From the NCBI GenBank assembly GCA_964658305.1, contig OZ210885.1, positions 15,252,001 to 15,316,000 of the forward strand: a stretch of DNA of 64,000 bases, given 5' to 3'. A program made the position numbers and the translations under genes. Numbering within the stretch: the stretch's first letter is position 1; each line of letters begins with the position of its first letter. This DNA is from Leptogorgia sarmentosa. Its lineage: Eukaryota. The notes under the pieces were generated by a model, which saw only the letters and a list, made by a program, of their open reading frames with translations, was not told where the DNA came from and did no database searches. Positions 11,960 through 24,267 of this stretch are shown piece by piece.

Positions 11960-12690
11960 ACAGACATTGGTGAAAAGTAGGCACAGCCATAAGATAATCA
12001 TCAAGAGTGTGGATTAAATGCGGCATTGACAGCTTTGTCCTAGCAACCCATTCGATAGCAGTGCTAAACATCTCGAAAGTGCGACACGATGATGCACATC
12101 CCATTGGCATAACCCGATCATAATAATATTTCCCTTGCCAAAAAATACCCAAGAGGTCATAATCAGCTGGCAAAATGGGAATAATACGAAAAGCACTTTT
12201 GATATCGGTTTTAGCCAAAAAACAACCCTGGCCTAAGTTTTTAATCATAGTAACCGCGTCATCAACACGAGCATACTGTACAGATGCATCTTCGGGTGAA
12301 ATACCGTCGTTAACAGACGCACCACGAGGAAATGACAAATGGTGAATTAAGTGATATTCGCCAGGAGGTTTTTTAGGCACAACCCCTAAGGGTGAAACAC
12401 GAAAATTAGGAAAAGGCAGGCGATCGAATGGTCCAGCAATTCGACCTGCCGCTAATTCTTTAGAGATCTTTGCACTGACTATCTCAGGATTTTGTTGCGC
12501 AGAAATAAGATTAGTAGCGAAAAATGAAACACGATCCCCACGGAAGTGAAGAGGAAAACCAAATTGAAAACCAGAAGACAAACCAGAGGTCAAAGCCGCA
12601 TCATATCTACATAATAATGTGCGCAATCGATCAATTTGAACTGGGGTTGGTAGAGCGTGATTTGGCAGCAGCGGGGGTGGCATGAGTGGT
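11960..12690 (-). pseudogene. DIRS/Ngaro-type reverse transcriptase, truncated after the YxDD motif
   Basis: VSPLGVVPKK, LIHHLSFPRGASVNDGI, KTDIKSAFR, MPMGCASS and HTLDDY. Confidence 0.9.
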
Positions 12691-13540
12691 GGACTGTTGG
12701 GGACGAAAATTACACCGTAATGCGGGGTGAAGGACACCACACTTGTAACATTGGTGTTTAAAATTACAACCCGAGCAGTCATTCCCTCAGTGAAATTTCC
12801 GACAAAAACCTTTGGGAACCAAGGGTCCGGCAGGAGACACATTGCTGCGCACCGGTGCTTGAGCCTTAGAAAAACGCGCAGTGTTAAAGTTCTGCGCACG
12901 AATCCAGAGTTCCCAATGCGTGGACCCCCAAGGGAAATCAGCCGGGTTAGAGTGGCGCAAGATACGGAATTGCGTGTCATAAAAACGCCAATCCGCCCCG
13001 CGTGTTGCCAAATCACGCACAACTTCACTGTACTTCATCAACGCCGGTTTTCGATGTGTAAACAGCAACGAAAATCTGAAAAGCCGAAGTCCATGCCCCA
13101 ATATGAGGGATGGCTTTGGGCTTATGAGACGGTTCAATCGATAACGCCGGCAACGATGAACCGTGGGGTGAGTTAACGGACAAATGATAACGAGTATCAC
13201 CTGCCCCAGAGTTTAGCAAAATGCCAAAATCAATAAATTCGTGAGCCCAGATTTTTGCCTTAATTTTTGGGTTCACGCTAGCGTCAATTGGTACATCGAC
13301 TGAGTGAAAGGTGGGCAAGGCTGGTTGTGGTGGAGAGACTTCAATAAAATTAGTCTTGCCCGTAACATTGTCGAGAGCCGAAGCAACTGGCGTAGGTACA
13401 ACAATATTACTACCTGACTCTACTACAGGTACTTCCCTCAACTCCGTCGCGGTCGTTGCTTCAGATCTTGGTGGGGGATGAGGGGACCCAACGCCATGGA
13501 TTGACGAATTATAGAATTTAATGATAATTGACACCAACAA
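12690..13540 (-). pseudogene. Gag-like ORF1 of Ngaro/DIRS element (disrupted)
   Basis: KIWAHEFIDFGILL, WTSAFQIFVAVY, WRFYDTQFR and a C-terminal Cys/His-rich region. Confidence 0.75.
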
Positions 13541-14012
13541 AATGTGTCAGATGTGAAACAGCAGCAGAATAATCTTGGCATACAACGAAGGTAGCCGCAA
13601 ATGATTATTCACAGTCACGCTGTAAAAAGTAATGTAAGGGCAATCTGAAAACAACATGCCGCACAATATATTGACATGAACTGTGGGCATCTGAACTATA
13701 AGTTGCTCTATCCCACTTGGATTTTTGCGCATACAGGGACAGCCGGTCATATATACTAAGTACGAATAGGTGACAGATAAAATTATAGATAACCAGCGCC
13801 ATTCATGAATGTCCTGACTGTTTCGAAAAAACCCAATGTTGATGTCGCAACATGGGCATCTGAAAACAGTCATGTTGATCTAGCCCATATGACATAAAAC
13901 GTGGCACATAAATTAGCGCACAGGCGTAAAGCCGATAATACAATACAATAAGTACCACAAAGAACGTGACGAAGCACACATTCAAAGGAATAGGGCGAGT
14001 CTTATGAAAAAA

Positions 14013-14603
14013 CTACAACATAGCTAGGGCTTTTAAAATAGCCCCCCGATAGCTCCGGTACAAACAATATTGTCCCTGGGCGTTACAGTGCACGCCGTCT
14101 AAAGATAATAGGGAGCGATCGGAGCGATAAAATTCCTTGTGATCCCACAAGAAAAAACCACACTGGTCAGCAAGGACAACCGGTAGATATTGTCGCAAAA
14201 TTGCGGCTTTGGCATTAAAATCACCATCGGGTGCTCAAGTTTGTGGAGTGTTACGGTTTATGACTTGACACACCCCAACAACGCGAACCTTATATTGATC
14301 GCGAAGAACTTGCGCAAGGTTGTCAATTTTAGACCCCACTACCTCAGGGCGTAGAGTAGAAAGATCATTGGTTCCTACTTCGAGTATAACAATATCTGGC
14401 TTATACTTAGAAACCCAAGAAAGATCATACTTAATTAGTTTGTCGACGGTACGACCACCCGTACCGTACAAAGAAACATGCCCCGATTCAGGTATGTGAA
14501 AGTTTGGGGCAGCACGCGGATCAAAGCGCGCGTTTCAATTGTCCTTAAGACGACGCACAAACGAATGACCCAATATCAGAATATTCGGTACACACATTGA
14601 CAT
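14013..14603 (-). pseudogene. SGNH/GDSL hydrolase (copy 1; identical copy at 20642-21232)
   Basis: Blocks ILGHSF, GGRT, ILEVGTND and DGVH; in-frame stops. Confidence 0.85.
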
Positions 14604-15225
14604 TATATTATGAGCAATATAATAACAGAAAATTGAAGTACCTTGTCAGGAATGACTTGATAAAATTCAATTGAAAAAGCAGAACAGAAACGAGTTGATT
14701 AGCGAACCTTGCGCAGCCAAAGCCAAAAGCAGAATGAGCCCAATGTGAATTCTGCCTGATTTATAAAGCCACTCCTCTCTGTTTTCCCGCCATTACAAGC
14801 ACGTGATCTAACACTTAAAATAATCCACTTAAATATGTTGACTATTCAATTATCTATACTTAATTAACTAATTTATATCCCTTGAGAGCAGGAAGCACTA
14901 AAATCCTTATTGGTATGCCAATAATTCCTTTGTTATCTACGTTGAGAGAAAAAATATATTGTATTCATAATTATTAGTAGTACTATACTGATCTTATAGC
15001 GTCAATCGGTGTTGGTGCGTGGATATTGTGTGGAGAATATAGCGTCATGTGGATATTGCGTGGATATTTTTTGTGTGGATCTTGTGTGATGTCACGTGTA
15101 CTTTGCGTGGATATTTTTTGTGTGTATTTTTCCCCCTTTATGATGTATTTCCCTACCCCCTATTTTTTACGGATCCCACACCCCCTTTTTTGTGTCAGGT
15201 GTAGCAGGCGATGGAGAAAAAACTA

Positions 15226-15289
15226 TCCCAGAGAGGATTCGAACTTCGGAGCCACAATCCGACACTCTATCCAATTGAGCTACCCCAGG
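15226..15289 (-). tRNA. Degenerate tRNA-like sequence in the left TIR (anticodon GTG, variable loop and T-stem partly deleted)
   Basis: Minus strand CCTGGGGTAGCTCAATTGGATAGAGTGTCGGATTGTGGCTCCGAAGTTCGAATCCTCTCTGGGA, followed by TAGTTTTTT. Confidence 0.65.
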
Positions 15290-16097
15290 TATTTATTTAT
15301 AATGAAACATATTTTTCATAAAAAGTGGTTTTTATTTACATGAGTTTTTAAAACATTTTTTATACCAAGAGTTTTTCAGTGGTCGATACAAATCCATGAA
15401 TATCATCTATTTCGGTGCTATCTTCGTCCAATTTAATGCTCGAATCCATGAATAATCCGGCTTCATTTTGCTGTTCGCTGTCATCAGGGATGTAATTCGG
15501 TTCCGGGATCGTGTTTGCTTCATTCGCTTTACTCTGTTCACCCGTATCTTCTGCGATGGTGTTGTTTGCGTTATGGCTGGCCATTTCGTGGCAAAATCAC
15601 AGAATTTACCGCATTCTTTTTGCAATGTATCGCACCAGCGATTCTATTCGAGCGCTAGTTCTTCGGGCGAGGGGTTGCTTTTCCATATTTCTGGGGGTAT
15701 TTCAGGTCCTTGTTCGTTTGTTAACGCTTGCTGCATTTCCTGAGTCATTTCGGCCCACTGTTCTTCGCTTTCGGGTTGACTTTGCCATCTCTGGAACACT
15801 TCTTCTAAAGTAAAACACTTGTACTCGAGAGGGGTATCGTTTGATTCTTCCATTTGCATAACGTTGTTATGTTTAATGCACATAATTTGCTCTTTAAATA
15901 GACATTTTTCCTGTGTTTTTTCCATGGGTTTAGTTTTTCCTAGGGATTTTAAAACATTCTGAATAATTATCGGATCAAAAGAAAATGTTCCGAATAATTA
16001 ACGGATAACTATTCACCAATAGAAACACAGAATTGCGAACATATAAGTGTGAAAAACAATCTTGTTATTGTCTTTTTTAGCGAGCGATCGAAAGAAA

Positions 16098-16742
16098 ATG
16101 GCAAGTGAGAACGAAAAATCAATATATGAACGTGCTCGAAGAGGAAAGCTACGCGACGAGCGAAGGGTCCACCAAGTGATGCGCCCCTGGCTACAGTTAA
16201 AACACCCCATGATTTTTACTGAATTTACCGCGTTTTTTTGAAAAACTACGGGATAGGAATCCCCGAACAAAAAACTTAACGACATCGGCCGACTTCTAGT
16301 GTTTCCGCAGATGTGGAAAAGGTAGGTATTATGTTTTTTGTACAGAACTTTTTTTTTGTACTGTAATTTTACAGACTTTACAGAAGAGCCAATACCTCCG
16401 ACAACAACACCGCAGTCACCGCTGGTAACTACACCACTTCCCCTGCCACTGATAACGCTACCACCGATAACACCACCACCGATAACAGCACCGGTACTTG
16501 TTAAAACAGAACCACTTACACCTGAGCCACAACCCATTGAAATGGATGAGAATGAGGATTCCGGACTAAGTAGTCCGGAACCATGTATACCTAAAACAGA
16601 GCCGGAGCCCCCCATCGATAGATTTATGGAAGTGAAAAAATTTATAACCGAGTTTGATTACGGAGTCGAAGTATTCGACTGGGAGTGTTTTGAAGAAGAC
16701 GTTGATGCAATCGAAGAGATGGATTTTAGTCAATATGTTTAA
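16098..16742 (+). pseudogene. Polinton spliced hypothetical gene, Pro/Thr-rich with acidic C-terminus (copy at 22727-23371)
   Basis: ATG at 16098, putative GT-AG intron 16322-16374, disruption in a poly-T run of exon 1. Confidence 0.5.
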
Positions 16743-16996
16743 TTTTAGAAAATGTTTTTACCGATTTTTTAATTGGATTTTTATATTAAAAGGTTGATGA
16801 TGTAATGTGCTGTTGTTGTTGTTGTTGTTGTTACAGTTCAAGAATACTACGCATGCACACATCAGAAAATTAAGTTTTGAGTGTTTTAATAAGTTTTACA
16901 AATATAATAAATATTATAACCCTTACGTCAAAACGTGTTCGTTTCCTACAAAGCTGATGTCAATAAATACTCTAACGTTGTCCATTAAGCGCAAAG

Positions 16997-17638
16997 TTAG
17001 TAATTTTTTGTGTAAAACAGGAATGGACACGGTTTCTTTTCATCAAGTAAAGATTTCAAGTTTCTGTTTCCTTCTTGCTTTGGGGTGGGCCAAAAATCTT
17101 TTTCAAATCCTGTTTCTTTCGGTTGGGGGGTATGTTTTCCTCTGTGGGGGGGGTGTGTGTTTTCCTTATCTTCTTCCTCTGTGGGGGGTGTGTTTTCCTC
17201 TGCCCATTGGAAAAATTTGCATTGACCTTCGTCTTGCTTTCTGGGACAGCAAAAGAATATTTTTCCTCCGTTAGGCCCGCTTTTTTTCACCTTTTGTCTT
17301 CTGGATACTTCGTTATGATAGCAACGTGGTCTCGGAAGTATGATTTCATCAGCCCATTCAAAGTATTCGCATTTGTTTGTGTCTTTTGAGCACACAGAGA
17401 AGGGATGTCCGTAGTTGTCTTTTATCATGTCTTTAACGACGCGGAGTTTTGCTAGGTTGTTGTCACAGCACACAGGTTGCGGTTGATCTGTTTCGTGATA
17501 CTTGTCCATAGTGATTCCGTAAATGTATCCTTCGTCTTCGGAGCATATGAAATGACAACTTGGTTTCTGATCACAGAACCAGAATCTTCCGTTTTCAGTT
17601 TCAGAGGTACCAGCAGGTAGTTTGTGTAAGCATTCCAT
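16997..17638 (-). CDS. Polinton protein with three GRF-type zinc fingers (copy 1)
   Basis: CLH...NGRFWFC...C, CCD...NYGHPFSVC...CEYFEWAD and CYH...GPNGGKIFFCC...CKFFQWAE; TATAAAA about 35-40 nt upstream of ATG 17638. Confidence 0.85.
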   Translation of the reverse strand: MECLHKLPAGTSETENGRFWFCDQKPSCHFICSEDEGYIYGITMDKYHETDQPQPVCCDNNLAKLRVVKDMIKDNYGHPFSVCSKDTNKCEYFEWADEIILPRPRCYHNEVSRRQKVKKSGPNGGKIFFCCPRKQDEGQCKFFQWAEENTPPTEEEDKENTHPPHRGKHTPQPKETGFEKDFWPTPKQEGNRNLKSLLDEKKPCPFLFYTKNY

Positions 17639-17980
17639 TGTCGCGGTATGATTTTGTTTTTTAGTGCTCTTCTTTTTATAACACATTTCCTCCGGTTATT
17701 TTCCCGAGGTTATTCCTGAGGTTATTAAAGATTTTAGACATTCAGGATGAGAATTAAATGTTATTATATAGAATTTGCGTCTAAGATAAACTTCCTCCCC
17801 GCGTATCATACGTTGAAATAAGTAACGGATGTGGTAGAAATTTTCGAAGAAACTAAGTCAATCATCATCTCCCTTCACAAAATGATTGCATCCCGATGTT
17901 GTATTGGTAACAACAAAACATATTCAGTCGCAGGAACACATTCTCGCAAAATGAGAACAACACTACTTTTTTGCATATAT

Positions 17981-18124
17981 TATTATCATTCCCGAGGTTA
18001 TTCCTGAGGTTATTCCTAAGGTTATCATTCCCGAGGTTATTCCTAAGGTTATCATTCCCGAGGTTATTCCTGCGGTTATCATTCCCGAGGTTATTCCTGC
18101 GGTTATTTTTTCCTACGGTTATTT
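17981..18124. repeat. Minisatellite (ATTCCCGAGGTTATTCCTGCGGTTATC)n upstream of the pPolB TATA box; shorter copy at 24610-24714
   Basis: 27-bp units built of 12/15-bp subunits; TATATAAA at 18141. Confidence 0.85.
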
Positions 18125-18454
18125 TAAAGGGTTCTGTAGGTATATAAAATGCAGCGAGAATTAGTTTTGTTAAACAAGTATGGAGTCTGCTGAATGGGAG
18201 TGGGGACATACAAATGACTCGTGGATATGGGATGTGCCCGATCCACAAAATGGCATCGAAAATGAATGGGAGTGGGGAGACTCTAACGACTCGTGGGATT
18301 TACAATATGGGGAAAAAAAGAGGAAAGCCGATGACGACGAAGTTAGCACCCCTGAAAAGTTTTACACAATTAACGAAGTTCGCAAGTAAAGGCGAAAAAG
18401 TATCGTACAACCGCCGTGGATTATTCTGTCCACTTTAATGATCTGGAAGATCTC

Positions 18455-19710
18455 TTCAACTAATCTGAACCCTTCAATCCGAACCCTTCAAGACACCCTC
18501 AACATAACCCCAACCCAATCCTTAATCTGACCCTAATCAATCAAATCCGAACCCTTCAAGACACCCTCAACATAACCCCAACCCAATCCTTAATATGACC
18601 CTAACCAATCAAATCCGACCCCTTCAAGACACCCTCGACATAACCCTGACCCAATCCTCAATCTGACCCCAACCAATCAAATCCGAACCCTTAAATACAC
18701 CCTAGGCATAACCCCACCCAATCCTTAATCTGACCCTAACCAATCAAATCCGAACCCTTAAAGACACCCACGACATAACCCCAACCCAATCCTTAATCTG
18801 ACCCTCGACTGCCCTGTTCCCACCTTACAACAACCCGTTGCAATAAATCAGGCCCCCACTGTATTCGGACATCACGTCACCTCGCACTTCATTCAAGCCC
18901 CAGGGTAAACATTTACATACCACGCGGCAAGCAAATGTAGGCGCAATCCTTTCCAACTCTAAGTACCAAAGAGCAAAGACAAACCAAGAGGAGCCCTCTC
19001 CTAAAAGCCAAAAAAAAGCCCAACAAGAGCCACCGCAGCCACCAGTACAAAGAACGAATCAAGTAGGATCAACATGTTTCTAATTTACCCGTTATCACAG
19101 ATAACAAACATAATTATTTTGCCATCTATCATACCGACACAGCGGGATAACCCGACAAACAAACAGCCATTCATCCTTCCAAACCACTATGTCAAACCAC
19201 CTACCACTCATCCACCAAAAGTAAATACACTCACACACCAACCACATTGTGTTAAACCTGCGAGCACGTCTTCCAAGACCAGATAGCAGGTTAGAAACGT
19301 GCTTTCCCAGTTATGCTTGGGGCCTGATGAAACATAACTAGGAGTTTTCAACGAAAACCAAGGGACAGGGCCCGGTGATAATTGGCACTCACACAAAACA
19401 CCACTATAAAACCGGGTTTTGTCAGTATACACATAATACAATTCGTTTTAATACAATTCCTTTTAATGTAACTCGTTTTAATACCATTCCTTTTAATGTA
19501 ATTCATTCTAATATAATTCACATGATTACAACCTTGCATCCTACCATAACCTTCAACCCTGTCCACCATCAAACTCAATCACAACCACACTCATCACATT
19601 CCATGGTGCCACCCATCGATCCACAACCTCAATGAGGACACAACTATTTGAACCACAGTCCAGGATCCGAATACCTGCAAAAAAAACACTGTATTATTTA
19701 ACAACCGCCA
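18455..19710. other. Unclassified ~1.25-kb insertion interrupting the pPolB N-terminal region (copy about 25045-26300)
   Basis: Flanks read ...DYSVHFNDLEDL and EYERTQQIFEQLLNDVTEG; the insert holds a 68-bp C/A-rich tandem repeat (18476-18805) and 25-bp repeats. Confidence 0.55.
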
Positions 19711-21854
19711 CAAAATGAGTATGAGCGTACACAGCAAATTTTTGAGCAATTGCTTAACGACGTTACGGAAGGAATGAGGGAAAGCGATTTGGTTCGTTTT
19801 GTTTTGCCCAAGGATCAACTGGACAAACCCATTTCGCTACCGTTTATGCCCGTTTCGCGACTTACACCTGAACGTGTTTTTTCTCAGATCGAACGTGTTG
19901 TACAATCTAAACAGGAGTTGCGCCTAAACGAGTCGGCCATTGTTGACATTGTTCATGTCGAGATGCCTAACGGTAGTGGGCACGAAAAACGCAATAATAT
20001 TGATTTATTGAGTTATTTACAAAACAAAAGATCGATAGTGACCATTAAAAACAAAGACGATTTGTGTTTGGCTAGAGCTTTTGTGGTTGCTATTGCAAAA
20101 ATTGACAAAGACAAAAGGTATAAGCTCTTAGCCGACTCGCGTAGACTGGTGCAGGGAAATGCTGCATGGGAGCTGCATCAAAAAGTAGGTGTTCCTATAG
20201 GGTCATGTGGGATTCCCGAAGTGAAACAGTTCCAAAAATATTTGACGGGGTATGAGATTAACATTGTCTCTATGGAAGATGGAAACACCATTATACACCC
20301 AGCGCAACCTGTTGTTACAGAAACGAAACACATTTATTTGTACTTACACAATAATCACTACGACGTTATCACATCAATGCCGGGTTTTTTTAAGCCGGGG
20401 GAATTTTTGCCATATGTCCAGAAAACCCTATGATAATGCGGTGGATCAATTATGCGATAGTATGTGCAAAATGTGTCGTGGTTTGGAATGTTCCTTTATT
20501 GACCCCAGAAGTTGTACGGACTGTAAAACGTGGCACATAAATTAGCGCACAGGCGTAAAGCCGATAATACAATACAATAAGTACCACAAAGAACGTGACG
20601 AAGCACACATTCAAAGGAATAGGGCGAGTCTTATGAAAAAACTACAACATAGCTAGGGCTTTTAAAATAGCCCCCCGATAGCTCCGGTACAAACAATATT
20701 GTCCCTGGGCGTTACAGTGCACGCCGTCTAAAGATAATAGGGAGCGATCGGAGCGATAAAATTCCTTGTGATCCCACAAGAAAAAACCACACTGGTCAGC
20801 AAGGACAACCGGTAGATATTGTCGCAAAATTGCGGCTTTGGCATTAAAATCACCATCGGGTGCTCAAGTTTGTGGAGTGTTACGGTTTATGACTTGACAC
20901 ACCCCAACAACGCGAACCTTATATTGATCGCGAAGAACTTGCGCAAGGTTGTCAATTTTAGACCCCACTACCTCAGGGCGTAGAGTAGAAAGATCATTGG
21001 TTCCTACTTCGAGTATAACAATATCTGGCTTATACTTAGAAACCCAAGAAAGATCATACTTAATTAGTTTGTCGACGGTACGACCACCCGTACCGTACAA
21101 AGAAACATGCCCCGATTCAGGTATGTGAAAGTTTGGGGCAGCACGCGGATCAAAGCGCGCGTTTCAATTGTCCTTAAGACGACGCACAAACGAATGACCC
21201 AATATCAGAATATTCGGTACACACATTGACATTATATTATGAGCAATATAATAACAGAAAATTGAAGTACCTTGTCAGGAATGACTTGATAAAATTCAAT
21301 TGAAAAAGCAGAACAGAAACGAGTTGATTAGCGAACCTTGCGCAGCCAAAGCCAAAAGCAGAATGAGCCCAATGTGAATTCTGCCTGATTTATAAAGCCA
21401 CTCCTCTCTGTTTTCCCGCCATTACAAGCACGTGATCTAACACTTAAAATAATCCACTTAAATATGTTGACTATTCAATTATCTATACTTAATTAACTAA
21501 TTTATATCCCTTGAGAGCAGGAAGCACTAAAATCCTTATTGGTATGCCAATAATTCCTTTGTTATCTACGTTGAGAGAAAAAATATATTGTATTCATAAT
21601 TATTAGTAGTACTATACTGATCTTATAGCGTCAATCGGTGTTGGTGCGTGGATATTGTGTGGAGAATATAGCGTCATGTGGATATTGCGTGGATATTTTT
21701 TGTGTGGATCTTGTGTGATGTCACGTGTACTTTGCGTGGATATTTTTTGTGTGTATTTTTCCCCCTTTATGATGTATTTCCCTACCCCCTATTTTTTACG
21801 GATCCCACACCCCCTTTTTTGTGTCAGGTGTAGCAGGCGATGGAGAAAAAACTA

Positions 21855-21918
21855 TCCCAGAGAGGATTCGAACTTCGGAGCCACAATCCGACACTCTATC
21901 CAATTGAGCTACCCCAGG
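21855..21918 (-). tRNA. Duplicate of the degenerate left-TIR tRNA-like sequence
   Basis: Same sequence as 15226-15289 at offset 6629. Confidence 0.65.
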
Positions 21919-23625
21919 TATTTATTTATAATGAAACATATTTTTCATAAAAAGTGGTTTTTATTTACATGAGTTTTTAAAACATTTTTTATACCAAGAG
22001 TTTTTCAGTGGTCGATACAAATCCATGAATATCATCTATTTCGGTGCTATCTTCGTCCAATTTAATGCTCGAATCCATGAATAATCCGGCTTCATTTTGC
22101 TGTTCGCTGTCATCAGGGATGTAATTCGGTTCCGGGATCGTGTTTGCTTCATTCGCTTTACTCTGTTCACCCGTATCTTCTGCGATGGTGTTGTTTGCGT
22201 TATGGCTGGCCATTTCGTGGCAAAATCACAGAATTTACCGCATTCTTTTTGCAATGTATCGCACCAGCGATTCTATTCGAGCGCTAGTTCTTCGGGCGAG
22301 GGGTTGCTTTTCCATATTTCTGGGGGTATTTCAGGTCCTTGTTCGTTTGTTAACGCTTGCTGCATTTCCTGAGTCATTTCGGCCCACTGTTCTTCGCTTT
22401 CGGGTTGACTTTGCCATCTCTGGAACACTTCTTCTAAAGTAAAACACTTGTACTCGAGAGGGGTATCGTTTGATTCTTCCATTTGCATAACGTTGTTATG
22501 TTTAATGCACATAATTTGCTCTTTAAATAGACATTTTTCCTGTGTTTTTTCCATGGGTTTAGTTTTTCCTAGGGATTTTAAAACATTCTGAATAATTATC
22601 GGATCAAAAGAAAATGTTCCGAATAATTAACGGATAACTATTCACCAATAGAAACACAGAATTGCGAACATATAAGTGTGAAAAACAATCTTGTTATTGT
22701 CTTTTTTAGCGAGCGATCGAAAGAAAATGGCAAGTGAGAACGAAAAATCAATATATGAACGTGCTCGAAGAGGAAAGCTACGCGACGAGCGAAGGGTCCA
22801 CCAAGTGATGCGCCCCTGGCTACAGTTAAAACACCCCATGATTTTTACTGAATTTACCGCGTTTTTTTGAAAAACTACGGGATAGGAATCCCCGAACAAA
22901 AAACTTAACGACATCGGCCGACTTCTAGTGTTTCCGCAGATGTGGAAAAGGTAGGTATTATGTTTTTTGTACAGAACTTTTTTTTTGTACTGTAATTTTA
23001 CAGACTTTACAGAAGAGCCAATACCTCCGACAACAACACCGCAGTCACCGCTGGTAACTACACCACTTCCCCTGCCACTGATAACGCTACCACCGATAAC
23101 ACCACCACCGATAACAGCACCGGTACTTGTTAAAACAGAACCACTTACACCTGAGCCACAACCCATTGAAATGGATGAGAATGAGGATTCCGGACTAAGT
23201 AGTCCGGAACCATGTATACCTAAAACAGAGCCGGAGCCCCCCATCGATAGATTTATGGAAGTGAAAAAATTTATAACCGAGTTTGATTACGGAGTCGAAG
23301 TATTCGACTGGGAGTGTTTTGAAGAAGACGTTGATGCAATCGAAGAGATGGATTTTAGTCAATATGTTTAATTTTAGAAAATGTTTTTACCGATTTTTTA
23401 ATTGGATTTTTATATTAAAAGGTTGATGATGTAATGTGCTGTTGTTGTTGTTGTTGTTGTTACAGTTCAAGAATACTACGCATGCACACATCAGAAAATT
23501 AAGTTTTGAGTGTTTTAATAAGTTTTACAAATATAATAAATATTATAACCCTTACGTCAAAACGTGTTCGTTTCCTACAAAGCTGATGTCAATAAATACT
23601 CTAACGTTGTCCATTAAGCGCAAAG

Positions 23626-24267
23626 TTAGTAATTTTTTGTGTAAAACAGGAATGGACACGGTTTCTTTTCATCAAGTAAAGATTTCAAGTTTCTGTTTCC
23701 TTCTTGCTTTGGGGTGGGCCAAAAATCTTTTTCAAATCCTGTTTCTTTCGGTTGGGGGGTATGTTTTCCTCTGTGGGGGGGGTGTGTGTTTTCCTTATCT
23801 TCTTCCTCTGTGGGGGGTGTGTTTTCCTCTGCCCATTGGAAAAATTTGCATTGACCTTCGTCTTGCTTTCTGGGACAGCAAAAGAATATTTTTCCTCCGT
23901 TAGGCCCGCTTTTTTTCACCTTTTGTCTTCTGGATACTTCGTTATGATAGCAACGTGGTCTCGGAAGTATGATTTCATCAGCCCATTCAAAGTATTCGCA
24001 TTTGTTTGTGTCTTTTGAGCACACAGAGAAGGGATGTCCGTAGTTGTCTTTTATCATGTCTTTAACGACGCGGAGTTTTGCTAGGTTGTTGTCACAGCAC
24101 ACAGGTTGCGGTTGATCTGTTTCGTGATACTTGTCCATAGTGATTCCGTAAATGTATCCTTCGTCTTCGGAGCATATGAAATGACAACTTGGTTTCTGAT
24201 CACAGAACCAGAATCTTCCGTTTTCAGTTTCAGAGGTACCAGCAGGTAGTTTGTGTAAGCATTCCAT
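23626..24267 (-). CDS. Polinton triple GRF zinc-finger protein (copy 2)
   Basis: Identical to 16997-17638. Confidence 0.85.
   Translation of the reverse strand: MECLHKLPAGTSETENGRFWFCDQKPSCHFICSEDEGYIYGITMDKYHETDQPQPVCCDNNLAKLRVVKDMIKDNYGHPFSVCSKDTNKCEYFEWADEIILPRPRCYHNEVSRRQKVKKSGPNGGKIFFCCPRKQDEGQCKFFQWAEENTPPTEEEDKENTHPPHRGKHTPQPKETGFEKDFWPTPKQEGNRNLKSLLDEKKPCPFLFYTKNY

Larger units (their letters stand above)
11960..14830 (-). mobile_element. Ngaro/DIRS-like retrotransposon remnant (SGNH, gag, RT; 3'-truncated, boundaries approximate)
   Basis: DIRS-type RT, gag-like ORF and SGNH hydrolase on the same strand. Confidence 0.8.
14976..20528 (+). mobile_element. Duplicated left arm of the Polinton (left TIR to start of pPolB)
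   Basis: Starts AGTAGTACTATACTGATCTTATAGCGTCAATCGG, preceded by ATTATT. Confidence 0.92.

Noticed and set aside
15026..15343. ORFs in the Polinton TIRs (also 21655-21972 and 44893-45153)
   Set aside because: Non-ATG starts over TIR repeats, antisense to the tRNA-like sequences.
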